Source: Octopus sinensis
Taxonomy: Eukaryota
DNA: 64,000 nt
Assembly (NCBI RefSeq): GCF_006345805.1
Contig: NC_043014.1
Location: 10,230,001 to 10,294,000 of the forward strand
Direction of reading: 5' to 3'
Part shown: piece by piece, positions 11,451 to 25,975 of the stretch
Numbering within the stretch: the first letter of the stretch is position 1
Layout: every line of letters begins with the position of its first letter
Program-made: the position numbers and the translations under genes
The notes under the pieces: generated by a model
Database searches by the model: none
What the model was told of the DNA's origin: nothing
Seen by the model: only the letters and a program-made list of their open reading frames with translations

Positions 11451-12799
11451 GTATATGGGTGTAAGTGCTTGTGTGTTTCTGTACGTGTGTGCACGTCTTT
11501 CTGGTTACGTTACCCCGGCTGTTTGATAACTGTTGTTGGCTTGTCTACGTCCCTGTAATTTAATTGTTCAGTAAATGAGAACGATAGAATAAAAATGCTT
11601 TACAAAATGAGTCCGGGGGTAGATTTGTTCGACTAAAACCCATGAAGGCATTGCCCCAGCATGGCCGCCTTCCGTTAACCGAAACAAGTAAATAAAAATA
11701 ATAAAAGAAACACTAATGCAAACCAAACTGTATTTACTAGACCGTGAAGAGGATGTTTTTCTCCATGCTATGTTATCCCCCAAGTGGAATAACATTGAAT
11801 TCGCTTCTTTACCAGTTAAACTCGGAAGCATTTTTGATTTATGAATACAGTTAACATAGATATTTACGTGGGTAACTGGTAAAACTTCCCGTATTTCTTC
11901 ATTTTTCCCATGAAAATCATACGTACTTGTGTCCTCTAAGATCTCACTTCACTCTTTTAAAAAAGCAATTTCTTCGTGTAAAATAACCCAGCAGTAATTT
12001 TAACAGTTATGCTGTAACTAAAACTTTTGCGGAAAATATTTGAATTCGTAGAACAAGGAAACTGTCCTGGCTAGTGTGTATAGCAATTTCTAATTCATGT
12101 TTCTTAGTCGCTGGATTTCCATTTTGTGTCTTGTTCATATAATGCTGCCGAATACCACTTCGGCATGAAAACGTTGGATTATTATGTTACATTTATTGAA
12201 TTATATAATGTGAAAACCAAGAATCCTAACACATTAGATGCGCCATTGGATATACAACCAAATTTAGAAATGATAATAATGAACTTATTTGAAAAGAGCC
12301 GAATTTATTTGTAAGAACATCATTATTCAATTATCAGAGTCGTTAGTATTTGGAACAGTGATTCTGAAATTTCGATTGAATGTAATGAATGAAGATTAAG
12401 GTGACTTGTTTGTTTTCTTTTTAACTCGCATTACTCAAGAGTGGAACTACAGTCGATGCGGAGTTTTGGATTTGTTGTTGATGCATAGAAATGCATCGGT
12501 AATAACCAAGTAACGTAGTTTTATTTGAAAATTAACGTCACCTCATACACACTTAACGAACTTCAGTATTCTATACTCTCGACATAGATGTATATCTTTG
12601 TAACTTATATATATGCTTGTGGTTATATTTCCTATGTCTCTTGTAATGCATTTGTTAACTGTCTTTCCCATATCCTCCATTCTCACAATTAAGTCATTCC
12701 TCCCGCTTGCAAAGAACTTGAGTGTAATACGACGATTGAAAAGAGAAGTACATTCAACGTGAGAAAGTGAAGGATGTACATGCAAAAATTATATGTGCC

Positions 12800-12860
12800 A
12801 ATATATATATATATATCTATATATATATATATCTATATATATATATATATATATATATAT

Positions 12861-12934
<74 letters not shown>

Positions 12935-12966
12935 GTATGTATATATATATATATATAATATATATG

Positions 12967-13011
<45 letters not shown>

Positions 13012-13019
13012 ATATATAT

Positions 13020-13061
<42 letters not shown>

Positions 13062-13116
13062 TATCTATATATATATATATGTATGTATGTATATATATAT
13101 ATGTATGTATATATAT
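12800..13116. repeat. (TA)n microsatellite, ~310 bp, imperfect
   Basis: Direct reading. Confidence 0.97.
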
Positions 13117-13117
13117 A

Positions 13118-13284
13118 CTTAATAATTAGGGTTCAGCAAAGATTTGCTTTACCACATACCGAAGTTTAGAAATAGCAGCCAAAAAACGTTAGCTATTTCT
13201 TCTACTTTAAAAAGGGACTCCCAGAAAAAACAAAATACTTGAAAACAATACACACAGGTTCTTTGCTGAACCCTAATTATTAAG
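13118..13284. mobile_element. 167-bp inverted-repeat element flanked by TA
   Basis: ACTTAATAATTAGGGTTCAGCAAAGA (13117-13142) is the exact reverse complement of 13260-13285. Interior and flank resemble 21965-22160. Confidence 0.65.
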
Positions 13285-13390
13285 TATTACTTAAGTTTAC
13301 CATGAAATGGTCCTTTTTTCATGCCGAATTCTACTTGGCGAAATTATTGATTACTTCTTAATTTATTAATTTCACCCTTTGTTATTATTA

Positions 13391-13441
<51 letters not shown>

Positions 13442-13444
<3 letters not shown>

Positions 13445-13655
13445 ACCTCGTGAGTACCGCTGGCGATTTTTTTCCTCTGTCTTCCCTTCTCGGGATCTTT
13501 CCCTCTTCTATGTCTCCGACGAAGAGCTCCGCTCGAAACGTTAAACTCTCTTTCTTTCCTTCTTTCCTGAGCGTCTAATGATACTTTATTTGTTCCACGT
13601 CCTCGCGTTGTTGTGTTTTTTTGTTTTTTTTTTTGTGTTTTCTTGTTTGGATTAA
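13442..13655 (+). mobile_element. Solo 3' terminus (pLTR-like) of a Penelope-like element between (TA)n tracts
   Basis: Shares CCGACGA..GAGCTCCGCTCGAAACGT, TTTCCTGAGCG and terminal GTTTGGATTAA with the 3' end of the PLE at 58480-58690. Confidence 0.75.
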
Positions 13656-13845
13656 CTATATATATATATATATATGCGACGTGTATGTTTCAGTTTCCGT
13701 CTACCAAGTCCATCTCACAAGTCTCTGGTTGGCCCGAAGTTATCACAGAAGACACTATAGTAGACTACCAAGGAGCCACAGAATCGGGAACCATACAGCA
13801 ACGCCTGCATATATATTATTGATGTATATTTATTTATGTATCTGT

Positions 13846-14046
13846 TTTACTCATTTACTTGTTTCAGTCATTTGACTGCGGCCATGCTGGAGCACCGCCT
13901 TTAGTCGAGCAAATCGACCCCAGGGCTTATTCTTTGTAAGCCTAGTACTTATTCTATCGGTTCTCTTTTGCCGAACCGCTAAGTTACAGCATCGGTTGTC
14001 AAGCGAAGTTGAGGGAACAAACACAGACATCCAAGCATATACACAC

Positions 14047-14110
<64 letters not shown>

Positions 14111-14276
14111 TACATATATGCGACGGGCTTCTTTCAATTTCCTTCTACCAAATCCACTCACAATGCTTTGGTCGGCTCGAGGCTATAGTAGAAGACACTT
14201 GCTCAATTTGCCACACAGTGGGACTGAACCCGGAGCCATGTGGTTGATAAGCAAGCTACTTACCCCACAGCCATTC
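13846..14276 (-). mobile_element. Full-length SINE family B
   Basis: Reverse complement of the 10674 and 44433 elements, with an internal (TA)n tract at ~14050-14115. Confidence 0.9.
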
Positions 14277-14558
14277 GGTGCGCCAGCATGACCTCAGTAA
14301 AAAGGCTGAAATTAATTAAAGATTACCACTGATTTCTGCATAGTTTCCGTCCTCCAAAGTCACTCATCCCTCACAACGCACCTCTCTACCTGGGTCTACA
14401 TCATAGCTCTGAAGTCGAAGCCACATAGCTGCAAGTTAAGATTCCTAAACATACAGCCAAATCTTCATTAAATATGTACAATATAAATCTTTGATCTCAG
14501 AGATACAGTTAATTAAAAAAACACGTAGTAAACAATGTTTTTGAGATTGCATAGAAAT

Positions 14559-14943
14559 GGAAGCACTCCGTCGGTTACGACGACGAGGGTTCTGGTTGAT
14601 CCGAATCAACGGAACAGCCTGCTCGTGAAATTAACGTGTAAGTGGCCGAGCACTCCACAGACACGTGCACCCTTAACGTAGTTCTCGGGGATATTCAGCG
14701 TGACACAGAGTGACAAGGCCGGCCCCCTTGAAATACAGGTACAACAGAAACAGGAAGTAAGAGAGAGAGAGACAGTTGTGGTGAAAGAGTACAGCAGGGA
14801 TCACCACCATCCCCTGCCGGAGCCTCGTGGAGCTTTTAGCTGTTTTCGCTCAATAAACACTCACAACGCCCTGTCTGGGAATCGAAACCGCGATCCTATG
14901 ACCGCGAGTCCGCTGCCCTAACCACTGGGCCATTGTGCCTCCA
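14559..14943 (-). mobile_element. Full-length SINE family D
   Basis: Head GGAGGC(A)CAATGGCCCAGTGG (A box) and GTTTCGATTCC (B box). TSD-like TG(C/T)ATAGAAAT at 14548-14558 and 14945-14955. Confidence 0.93.
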
Positions 14944-15706
14944 CTGTATAGAAATAATATGAAACCCAATAATGACAAGATAATTTTTTTTGTTCTAGAG
15001 TCTGTTATCCTGAAATTTATTATCGTTCTGCATATAAGTACTTATTTTGAATTAATTAGGCGTCAACAAACCAATCTGTGTCTTGACGCTTTATATATCT
15101 AAATTAATAAATGAGAGACATATCAAATGTATTACTGAATAAAATATTTATCTTCATTGTCGTTAATACTACGCGTGAATATTTGAATATTATTTATTTT
15201 TATCATAGCATCACAGCGCCATTGGTATATTTATAAATTTTTATGAAGAATATTTGGAATTTTTATGAAGTATATTTGGAATTTTGTATGTAAAAGTACA
15301 TCTTATGTAGTACCATGACTACCATATTTTACATGGGTTTCATTTGAAATGTTACGTCTTACACATGGTTTCGCATGTAACATGTATATTTAATTATAGT
15401 TGGCGCATGAAAGTGAATTTCATTGGCAGCGGCGTTTCGTTACTTACGTTATTGCCATATTTTAATTATTGCCAATATACAGTAAAATTTCGTAATATCA
15501 TTTGTTATTGACATTTTCTGATTTTACAATTGGGGAGCTTTCATGTATATATTACTATTGGCGATGTATTTCCATGCAGTTTCCCCATTGGATTAAATTT
15601 GATCTATACTCCTGCTGTAGGCTCGTTGCAGCTGCATTACTGCCGCTAATTACAGGGACCGCAAAAGTACGACTATAATAGCTATATATCAACAACGAAA
15701 GCAATA

Positions 15707-16272
15707 TTGGGTTGTCCGGAAAGTTCGTGCCGATTTTTAAAGGAAAGAAAATGGTCAATAAATACTTGCCATTACATTTTTAATAAACCAAATATGAACC
15801 ATTTTGTCGCACAATACGTCTCCATCTTTCCTTTAACTTGAAAATACCCTCTTCCCAGAATTGAGGTGGTTTCATGGCAAAGAATCCATCAAGGTATCTT
15901 TTTATGTCATCCAAGGAATTGGAATTTTTAATATTAAGACTATTCTGCAGAGACCTGAATAAGTGGAAATCCGAAAGAGCAATATCTGGTGAATATGGAG
16001 GGTGGGATAACACATCCCAGCCGAGCTGCAGCAATTTTTGTCTAGTTCCCAACGCATCAAGTGCCGAAAATGAACTTTCTTATCTTTCATTTTAAAGGGT
16101 TACAGAATTAACACAGGTTATAGGAACATAAACCTTCTTCCACGAAAAGATAGCTTAAACTGTGCTCTAAATGGAGGTGGAGTCAAATCCTATTTTACGG
16201 ACTCAACCATGTTCTAAAATAAGTGGAAATGTAGGCTACTATAAATCGGCAAGAACTTTCCGGACAACCCAA
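15707..16272 (-). mobile_element. Mariner internal-deletion derivative (566 bp)
   Basis: TIR TTGGGTTGTCCGGAAAGTTC, TA TSDs at 15705-06 and 16273-74. Transposase C-terminus HPPYSPDIALSDFHLF is fused to N-terminal MKDKKVHFRHLM. Confidence 0.93.
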
Positions 16273-16376
16273 TATTTTCTAATCCTTCACATTAGATATT
16301 GCACATCAGATTTCAGCAGTCTTTCAGTCCTATACACGCCTTTATACGCCATTGTTCAGCGTATCTTCACATTCTT

Positions 16377-16452
16377 CCCGGTCTGGGAATCGAAACCGCG
16401 ATCCTACGACCGCGAGTCCGCTGTCCTAACCACTGGGCCATTGCGCCTCCAC
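16377..16452 (-). mobile_element. Isolated tRNA-like head of SINE family D
   Basis: Near-exact reverse complement of 17080-17155 with no body. Confidence 0.85.
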
Positions 16453-16519
16453 TAAGGGAAATAATACAGAAATCGCAATACTCAGATATTGTTTTGTGCT
16501 GAGTGGGGATTTGTTTTGC

Positions 16520-17000
16520 GCTGACTGCCCAGATAGTCATTACGGTAATGAAATGTTTGGCATTCAGGCTGCATTTCAACACCATCGTCACCCTTTTTTG
16601 ATATGCCTCTCTGAACTTGATTTTAATTTGTCTGTGTAGAATGTCATCCAACTCCAAAATCCCTAAATATCTATACTATCGGGTTCACCCATAGTCTCTC
16701 CTCATGGTAACCGCGATCCTGCTTTCTTCCCTCTTTTCGTATTACGCACTGAGCAATTCGTGATCCCAAATTGCATATCGATATCACTACCACACTCCTG
16801 GACTGTTTTGGTTAAGTAAAGTATCTGTTTTTCAGATTTCCCAAACAATTTCAGGTCATCCATAAACAGAAGATGATTTAAAGATGGACCTTTCTTCTCA
16901 CATCGGTAACCCATCTTAACTTTCCTACGTGTCATTGTCATGGGTTTTAGTGCAATTACATAAAGTAACATTTGCACGCCAAACAGAAAACTTAGCGGCA
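16520..17000 (-). pseudogene. Non-LTR retrotransposon RT fragment, R4/Dong-like
   Basis: LNHLLFMDDLKLFGKSE...MQFGITNC and YQKRVTMVLKCSLNAKHFITVMTIWAVS match RT motifs typical of R4-type elements (clade assignment from memory). Confidence 0.7.
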
Positions 17001-17079
17001 TTTCGTCCGTCTTTACGTTCTGCAGTGGTCGAATTTACCTTTCATCATTTTGCGGTCGATAAAATAAGTCTCTTGTAGT

Positions 17080-17463
17080 GGAGGCGCAATGGCCCAGTGG
17101 TTAGGGCAGCGGACTCGCGGTCATAGGATCGCGGTTTCGATTCCCAGACCGGGTGTTGTGAGTGTTTATTGAGCGAAAACACCTAAAACCTCCACGAGGC
17201 TCCGGCAGGGGATGGTGGTGATCCCTGCTGTACTCTTTCACAACAACTTTCTCTCACTCTTACTTCCTGTTTCTGTTGTACCTGTATTTCAAAGGGCCGG
17301 CCTTGTCACTCTCTGTGTCACGCTGAATATCCCCGAGAACTAAGTTCAGCGTGCACGTGTCTGTGGAGTGCTCAGCCACTTACGCGTTAATTTCACGAGC
17401 AGGCTGTTCCGTTGATTTGGATCAACCGGAACCCTCGTCGTCGTAACCGACGGAGTGCTTCCA
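17080..17463 (+). mobile_element. Full-length SINE family D nested in an old family A copy
   Basis: 12-bp TSD AAAATAAGTCTC at 17061-17072 and 17467-17478. The host A element runs from ~16990 and resumes at 17467. Confidence 0.93.
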
Positions 17464-18490
17464 CACAAAATAAGTCTCACCTGAGCACTGAGGACCCTGA
17501 AATTTCTGGCTCTGTGCCAGAATTCGAAACTATTATTATTGTTACTAATGCTTCAATTTAGGGATACGGCTAAAACTGATGCTATTTAATAATGGTACGG
17601 CGTCTCTCATTAAAGGATGTCCGATTAATTAATGCATGAGTTATGAATATGGTAGATAATTAATTTAATTAATTACACTGCGAATATAATTCAGGTGATT
17701 AGTATCTGTATGAATAAGTTAGAACAATTAAATCTAACAAATATGTTAAAATACAATATTTATTAAAATAACTAGACTTTTTTATGAATTAATATTGTTA
17801 AAAAAAATTACCATTATTGAAATATTTGTTGGCGCCATGTTTTCTCGAATAACATTTATTCGAGTTTTATTTTTCATTTTGTAAAGTGTCATTCATACAT
17901 TTGTGGGGAATATTGCGACAGAGCAGTGAAATAAACTACATAGAGAAAAACAAATGACAATTATTTTGCTCAACGTTATTGATTAATAATAATTATTAGC
18001 ATAAGGTGAACCATATTAAACATTAATGTTGAGAATATTTCCAAAATTCATTCTGAATGATCAATATGATTTCAGTCGAGATTTTGTGTGTAATAAATTA
18101 GTAACCTCCTAAATATTATTATAATAAAAATTTGTTTTTAGTAATTAATGCCAAAAACATGTGAATCGTAAATGGCGCATTGTACGAGGTTTTGTAATAT
18201 TTGTTCTAGCGTAATGTATATAATAAATGTATAAGCAATGCCTGTGCTGAAACGAACTTTACGTGTATTGTACAACGGTGGATTCAATCGTTCTGTGAGT
18301 ACAGAGTGGAGAGTTTGTGTAGGTAAACTGTTACATACTGTATCTATGAGAAGTACTTCGCTCGCTCCTTTACAGCTCAATGTATGAGTTAAGACCCAAA
18401 CGATATGCATACACTGAAGAGATTTATATACACCCACGCACATACTTGCAAGTAATATTTCTCCCACACCGGCACATACACACACAACAC

Positions 18491-18521
<31 letters not shown>

Positions 18522-18522
18522 G

Positions 18523-18604
<82 letters not shown>

Positions 18605-18733
18605 CAACAATCAAGGAACGGCCATAATAGGCCATTCACCCACTAGAAATAACAGCCAAAGCTTCAACCGCAAATAAAGATCAATTCCGTAAACAGGAGA
18701 AAATTTAAAAAAACTTTCACCACCCTATATTGA

Positions 18734-18769
<36 letters not shown>

Positions 18770-18777
18770 GCACGCAC

Positions 18778-18961
18778 ATATGTGGTTATAACATCGAGTT
18801 TCCGGAAACTTTGCTTGCAAGTGACATGGCTCCTGGTTCAGTCTCACTGCGTTGCATCTTCAGCTAGAGTCTCCTACTATATCTCTGGGCCGACCAAAGT
18901 TTGTCAGTGGATCTGTTAGACAGAAACTGAAAGAAAACCCATCATATATATAGATAGATAT

Positions 18962-19059
<98 letters not shown>

Positions 19060-19138
19060 GGATGGATGTATGGATGGACGGACGGATGGACGGACGGACG
19101 GACGGATGGATGGATAGACGTACAGGCAGACAGACAGG

Positions 19139-19180
<42 letters not shown>

Positions 19181-19345
19181 TGGGGTGTCTTTGTGCCTGA
19201 CTATGTCCCTCACTATTGATTAATAATGGGTGTTGGTGCGTTTACATTCCTGTAACATAGCGGTTCGACAAAAGGGGCCGATGGAATAAGTACTAGGCAC
19301 AACAGTTAAGTCTGAGGGTCGATGTGTTCTACAAAACCCTTCACG
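18778..19345 (+). mobile_element. Diverged SINE family B whose internal tract is (GATA)n/(GGAC)n
   Basis: B 5' half to GAAAGAAAACCC at ~18940, tetranucleotide tract at 18945-19180, then the B 3' half. Confidence 0.75.
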
Positions 19346-20709
19346 GCCCCATCTTGGAAGAATCAAACCTGTAGGTAGCACAAATGTAGACTACAAATAG
19401 GGCGTAAATTCGCAGTGAACAAGGTTATGAAACATTATGGTCACGTTTACAGCAATGCATGCAGCATATCCAGAAAGGAAGCGTTTCCGGTGATGCCAAT
19501 GGGGTTTCTTAAAATGAATATTCGAGCAACTAGAAATAGCAGCTAAATGGCTTTGTAGACTTACTATTTAGATAAGCTTAAATATATTGCATAATGTTTT
19601 CTCTTAGTACTCAATGCTCTAGAAAAAAAATCAAAGTTACTTTTGAAATATTGCTGATTCCATGTCTGTTCGTTAAAAATTGATCTGGATCAAAAATTGA
19701 ATATGTTGGAATTTATGTATAGTTGGTACTCTGGGAGAAACATCAACTCCAATAACAGACATCTGTTTACACGCCAAATAACCATATCAGTATAAGCAAC
19801 ATGTTTTCACTTGTGGTACATTTTTATTCTTTTCAAAATCCGGTGACGCACCTGAACAAAAAGTATAAGGAAAAGCTTATATTTGAGATACAGTACGGCA
19901 CACCTAGCATTGTTTCGTGGCACATTGCTGCTGAGTGCTCTGACCCATTAAGCTAGAAGATCCATGACTCACTCAAGAACACAACGCACCATTCGGCCTG
20001 GGAACCGACGTCACTTTCTTGCTAGCGTGAGCGCAACGTCCTCTAATCTGCAGCCTACGAACCAACGGTTACAAACATCATTACAATAATTGCCAAAAGA
20101 GAACATGATTCAGAGATAATCAATAGGCGACAAAATTCTTTCGTTCGTCATAATTAAGAAGAAAATATACTGATAATTGATATCCGACGGCTTTAGTATT
20201 TTTGCAAACACGTATCTCGAGCATGTCTAAAAGAATTATTGCACTTAAAACACTGACCGTTTCATGTAAATTTTGAAATCTACAGAATATGCAAACTGAA
20301 TAAACTAATTACAAGGATGAGCCAAGATAATCCTAGATTTTTCTAATTTTATTGCAATAAGATTATTTGAAGATTAGCATTTAGATAAAGTAATATAATG
20401 CTGGCAACAATATGTGATACTAGGTTTTTCAGCTATGGAGACATGAATCGTGAATTTTCATTCATTATTCATTTATTATGTATGTCTCTTAGGTGTGTTA
20501 TTCATTAGACTGTGGCCATGCTGGGGCACCGACTTGAAGAATTTTATCCGAAAGAATCGACTCAAGTACTTATTTTTTAAGCTGAGAACTAGTTCAGTCC
20601 GTCTCATTTAAGAAACCGCTAGGTTACGGGGATGTAGTCACTAACACCAGTTTTCAAGCGGTGGATGGGAGGGAGAGCCAAGCACACACATACACACACA
20701 CACACACAC

Positions 20710-20759
<50 letters not shown>

Positions 20760-21012
20760 AGAAGAAATGAGGTACAGACATATACGACGGGATTCTTTGA
20801 GTTTCTGTATTGTCGCCCCCAACATCGCTTGACAACCGATGCTGGTGTGTTTACGTCCCCGTAACCTAGCGCTTCGGCAAAAGAGAACCGATAGAATAAG
20901 TACTAGGCTTACACAGAATAAGTCCTGGGGTCGATTTGCTCGACTAAAGGTGGTGCTCCAGCATGGTCACAGTCAAATAACTGAAACAAGTAAAAGAGTA
21001 AAAGAATATATG

Positions 21013-21395
21013 GGAAGCACTCCGTCGGTTGCGACGACGAGGGTTCCGGTTGATCCGATCAACGGAACAGCCTGCTCGTGAAATTAACGTGTAAGTGGCT
21101 GAGCACTCCACAGACACGTGTACCCTTAACGTAGTTCTCGGGGATATTCAGCGTGACACAGAGAGTGACAAGGCCGGCCCTTTGAAATACAGGTACAACA
21201 GAAACAGGAAGTAAGAGTGAGAGAAAGTTGTGGTGAAAGAGTACAGCAGGGATCACCACCATCCCCTGCCGGAGCCTCGTGGAGCTTTTAGGTGTTTTCG
21301 CTCGATAAACACACACAACGCCCGGTCTGGGAATCGAAACCGCGATTCTACGACCGCGAGTCCGCTGCCCTAACCACTGGGCCATTGCGCCTCCA
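21013..21395 (-). mobile_element. Full-length SINE family D inserted in the tail of a family B copy (20790-21008)
   Basis: 12-bp TSD AAAAGAATATAT at 21000-21011 and 21397-21408. Confidence 0.93.
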
Positions 21396-21881
21396 CAAAA
21401 GAATATATATATTGAAATACATACGATTTGTTGTAGATGGTGATGATAATAGCTATCACCATAGCAACAGAAATCTCTGTAATGGACAGTAAGCTGGCCA
21501 TTACATGTTCACTGAATTTTTTTCCTTTGCTAGAAATAACAGAGAAATCTTCCTCAAGTCGTAACCCAATCTTTTATGTAACGCAATGACGTATAGATAG
21601 TGTAGACATTCTAAGCCTTGACACACAGACTAGAATGACGACAAAAACGCTTTTGACTATATTTCTGCTTCGCCAGGCTTCACATGGATAAGCATCAATA
21701 ACATTTTACCGTATTAATTTTATTTTATTTATTTTTGATATCGCGTCCACATTCCAATACTACAGAAAAGCACTTAATGCCGTAGCGATTATTGAACAAA
21801 TATCTACTCCATTTTGTATATTCTATTCCATTGAAGATTACAACATACTTCAAACAAATATATTTAACTCTATCCATCTAA

Positions 21882-21952
<71 letters not shown>

Positions 21953-22714
21953 ATTATATATATATATTATATATATATATATATATATTTCAACAATTGA
22001 GGGTAAAATTAATTAATTATTAATCAATTTCACCAAGTATTCAGTATGTAAAGGGACCATTTAAGGCGAATTCAAATTATTACATTATATAAAAGGGCTT
22101 AGTAAAATAAATTACTTTGCCACATACTGAACTCATTAGAAATAGTAGCTAAAAAAACTTTTTTAAAACTATTTCTAATACTTAAAGAAAATCTCTCTCA
22201 TATATATATATATATTATATATATATATGAAAATATATATATGAATATAATATAATATATATATATATATATATATATCAATATATATGAATAATATATA
22301 CATATATAAAAATATATATGAATATAAATATATATATATAAATATATACGAATATAAATATATATAAATATATATATAAATATATGTACATATATTTATA
22401 TATATATATATATATATGCATTTTATACATTATATATATATATACATTTATATATGCATAAATACATATATAATGTATACACACACATATGTACTCATAT
22501 GCACACACACATTTACATATATATAGAGATATACACTCACAATTGGAGAGAAATAAATATATATATATACATACATATACACACGTATATACATATGTAT
22601 GAAAATGCACCATAAAGATAGAATAATTGTGGGTATCTTAATGGAAAAATTAAACTACAAAATAGATACAGTATTTCGCCTACATTTGTTAGATATGTAT
22701 ATGTATGCATAGCA

Positions 22715-23320
22715 AAAGAGCGTGGCTAACTGGTTAGCATATTCGCTTCATGATTGTAAGGTTAAGAGTTCCATTCCGTGCGACACGTTGTATCCTCGGC
22801 CAAGACATTTTATTCGACTTCGCCCCAGTCCACTCAGCTGGCGAAAAATGGGATTGTACCAGTATTTGAAAGGATAGGCCTTGTCACACTCTATGTCACG
22901 CTGAATCTCCTTGAGAACTACGTTGAGGATTCACGTGTCTGTGGAATACTCAGCCACTTGCACGTATTTTTGGTGCATCTGTTGTTAGTGATTTCGAAGG
23001 CGAATGGCTTAGTGGTTGGGGTATTTAGTTCTCGATTGTGAGGTCGTGGGCTCAATTCCCGGTGATGCGATTTTCCCTTGAGCAAGACACTTTATTTCAC
23101 GTTGCACCAGTCCACTCAGCAAGCAGAAATGATTAGTACCTGTAATTGAAAGGGCCAGCCTTGTCACACTCTGAGTCACGCTGAATCTCCCTCCTTCGTT
23201 AAAGGCACACGGTGCCTGCAGAGTGCTCAGCGACTTGCAGGTTAATTTCAAGGCGCAGGTTGTTCCGTTAATCGGATCAATTGGAACCCGCGTCGTCGTA
23301 AGCAACCGAATGCCAGTAGT
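22715..23320 (+). mobile_element. Two older tRNA-SINE copies with E-like 5' part and D-like body
   Basis: tRNA-like heads at ~22718 and ~23003. CAGTCCACTCAGC (E-like) is followed by CCTTGTCACACTCT...CACGCTGAATCTC (D-like). Confidence 0.65.
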
Positions 23321-23989
23321 GTGTGCGTACATGCGTGTGCGTGTGTGTGTGTATGTGTGTGTGTGCGCGTGTGTGTGTGTTTGTGTTTGTGTGTGTATGT
23401 GTGTGTGCGTGTGTACAAGTGTGTGTGCGTGTAAGTTTGTCTTTCATCTTTCAGACGCCATCATTGAGGGTAATGTAGGAACTGATATAATCAAAAATAC
23501 CCTAAAGGACTGTATCTGACATGGCTCCTAAAAGATTAAAATGTTTAAGAGAAACATATAACTACATATATATACTTGTCTAGCATATGTGCATACATAT
23601 GTACATAGCTTGTCTAGCATATGTACATATATATATACAGAGAGAGATAAACAGAGAGATAGAGATCGCGATCTGTTTATGTGTGTACAAGGCTTGTAAG
23701 TGTATACACATCCATCTCAAAGTTAAAAGGAAATATGATGTAAATCCAGTCTCCCTGTAGTAATATGCAATACAAGTTTGCGGCAGGAGCAGCTCTTATC
23801 TGCTGTTTCTTTATCGTTACCGAAGGAGATGAGAGAGAGACGAATGTGTCTCTGAATACTGATTGAAGAAATTATTTGCAAAACACTGGGCGTCGGTATC
23901 TTGCAGCTTAAGGAACTGCAGAAATCTGCAATAAGAATTATAATCTAACGCGGTAATCACCGGCACGTCAGCAGAAACTATGCGCTCCG

Positions 23990-24029
<40 letters not shown>

Positions 24030-24320
24030 CATTCATGCATATCTGTCTATGTGTGTGTGTTTGTGCGTATGTGCGACACGGATTGAACTAGTTCTCGGTT
24101 TAAAAAATAAGTACATAGGTCGAATAACTATAGGGTCCTGTACAAATCATAGTATATATATATTGTGAATATATAAATATATACATATATATGTCTATCT
24201 ATATATGTGTGTGTATACACACATATAGAGAAATAGATGTATATAGGCGCAGGAGAGGTCGTGTGGTAATTAACTTGCTTACCAACCGCATGGTTCCGGG
24301 TTCAGTCCCAATGCGTGGTA

Positions 24321-24419
<99 letters not shown>

Positions 24420-24732
24420 TACATACATATGTACATACACACATATATTTGCATATGTATTATTAATGTGTGTTTTTATGTCAAATTATATGAAGAGCAA
24501 TTTAACATTGCAGTTAAGTATTACTCAGTGCATATTTGTAGAACAAATTTTAACAAGAGAATGACAGACAGTAACTTCGAAGTATCCTCTTCTTCGCTTA
24601 CACTTACATCATACCGTGCTTAACATGAGTTCTGTCGGACTTCATGTAGTCTTTGGCAGATTGTTTCGCTTTCTGGTGAGGTAGGGATATGTGAATGAAA
24701 AACAGGTATGGTGTAACTAGATTCGGTAAGTA

Positions 24733-25301
24733 TTGGGTTGTCCGGAAAGTTCGTGCCGATTTATAGCAGCTTACTTTTCGACTTATTTTAGAACATGGTT
24801 GAGTCCATAAAATTGGATTTGACTACACCTCTATTTAGATCACTCTTTAAGCTATCTTTTCGTGGAAGAAGGTTTATGTTCCTATAACCTGTGTTAATTC
24901 TGTAACCCTTTAAAATGGAAGATAAGAAAGTTCATTTTTGGCACTTGATGTTTTGGGAACCAGACAAAAATTGCTGCAGCTCGGCTGGGATGTGTTACCC
25001 CAGCCTCCATATTCACCAGATATTGCTCCTTCGGGTTTCCATATATTCAGGTCTGAGCAGAATAGTCTTAATGGTAAAAATATCAATTCCTTGGATGACG
25101 TAATAAAGATACCTTGATGAATTCTTTGCCATTAAACCACCTCATTTCTGGGAAGAGGGTATTTTCAAGTTAAAGGAAAAATAGAGACGCATTGTGCAAC
25201 AAAATGGTTCATATTTCGTTGATTAAAAATGTAATGGCAAGTATTTATTGACCTTTTTTTTTTTCCTTTAAAAATCGGCACGAACTTTACGGACAACCCA
25301 G
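24733..25301 (+). mobile_element. Mariner internal-deletion derivative, copy 2
   Basis: Same TIRs, TA flanks and deletion junction (TTGGGAA|CCAGACAAAAA) as 15707-16272. Confidence 0.93.
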
Positions 25302-25975
25302 TAGTTAGTTGCGTAGGAATAATTAACCTGAACATCTCTGTTGTGGTGAGAGTCACGACGCCCCCTTGCGTGAAATGCACTGGGCCGAGCGGTTATCAAT
25401 AATAGCGGACAGTATGAAGCTTGTATTAATTCGAGTTGGTTTGGCAGTGACGTCGGAATGTGTCGGTTGGTTAGTTAGTTTATTTGGAATATCGATTGTT
25501 GATTCGTGAGGAAATTATTGGTTAGTTACGTTTTTATTACGGCTGCATCGTTATCTTGTTTACTGCTACTACGCTGGTACAGTGTATCTAAATCATATAT
25601 CAATATAACGTGGTACCACTACAATGGAGATTAGAGAATACAACAGTCTCTAACAACGAAACTATATTTTTCTAGGCTGTGATTTGATAGAAAATCAATC
25701 AGATGAGTGACAGGTTTCTTCTTTCTAAACGAATGTCACTAAACTTATTTAATTTTTTTAGAATTATTAGTTATCTCTTTAATTATTAATCAACGTCGAA
25801 GATTAAAATTTTACAGTCATTATTTTATTTATATTTCTACAGTAGTGTTTTAGGTTATCAAGAGACAATTTGTCATTTATTGAGTTACAGATGGAAAGAA
25901 TTGGTAAAAAAAAAACATGGAATATCAACGTAATTATTACGGTCATAATAATCATCCTTATAATGAAAGTACTGT

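Noticed and set aside
12767-13169. YI/CV/HT-repeat ORFs here and throughout the track, including the 659-aa and 588-aa ORFs at 59087-61066
   Set aside because: They are translations of (TA)n, (TG)n and (TATG)n tracts, which lack stops in some frames.
16377-16452. Stand-alone tRNA gene
   Set aside because: Identical to the SINE D head, with no proper acceptor stem.
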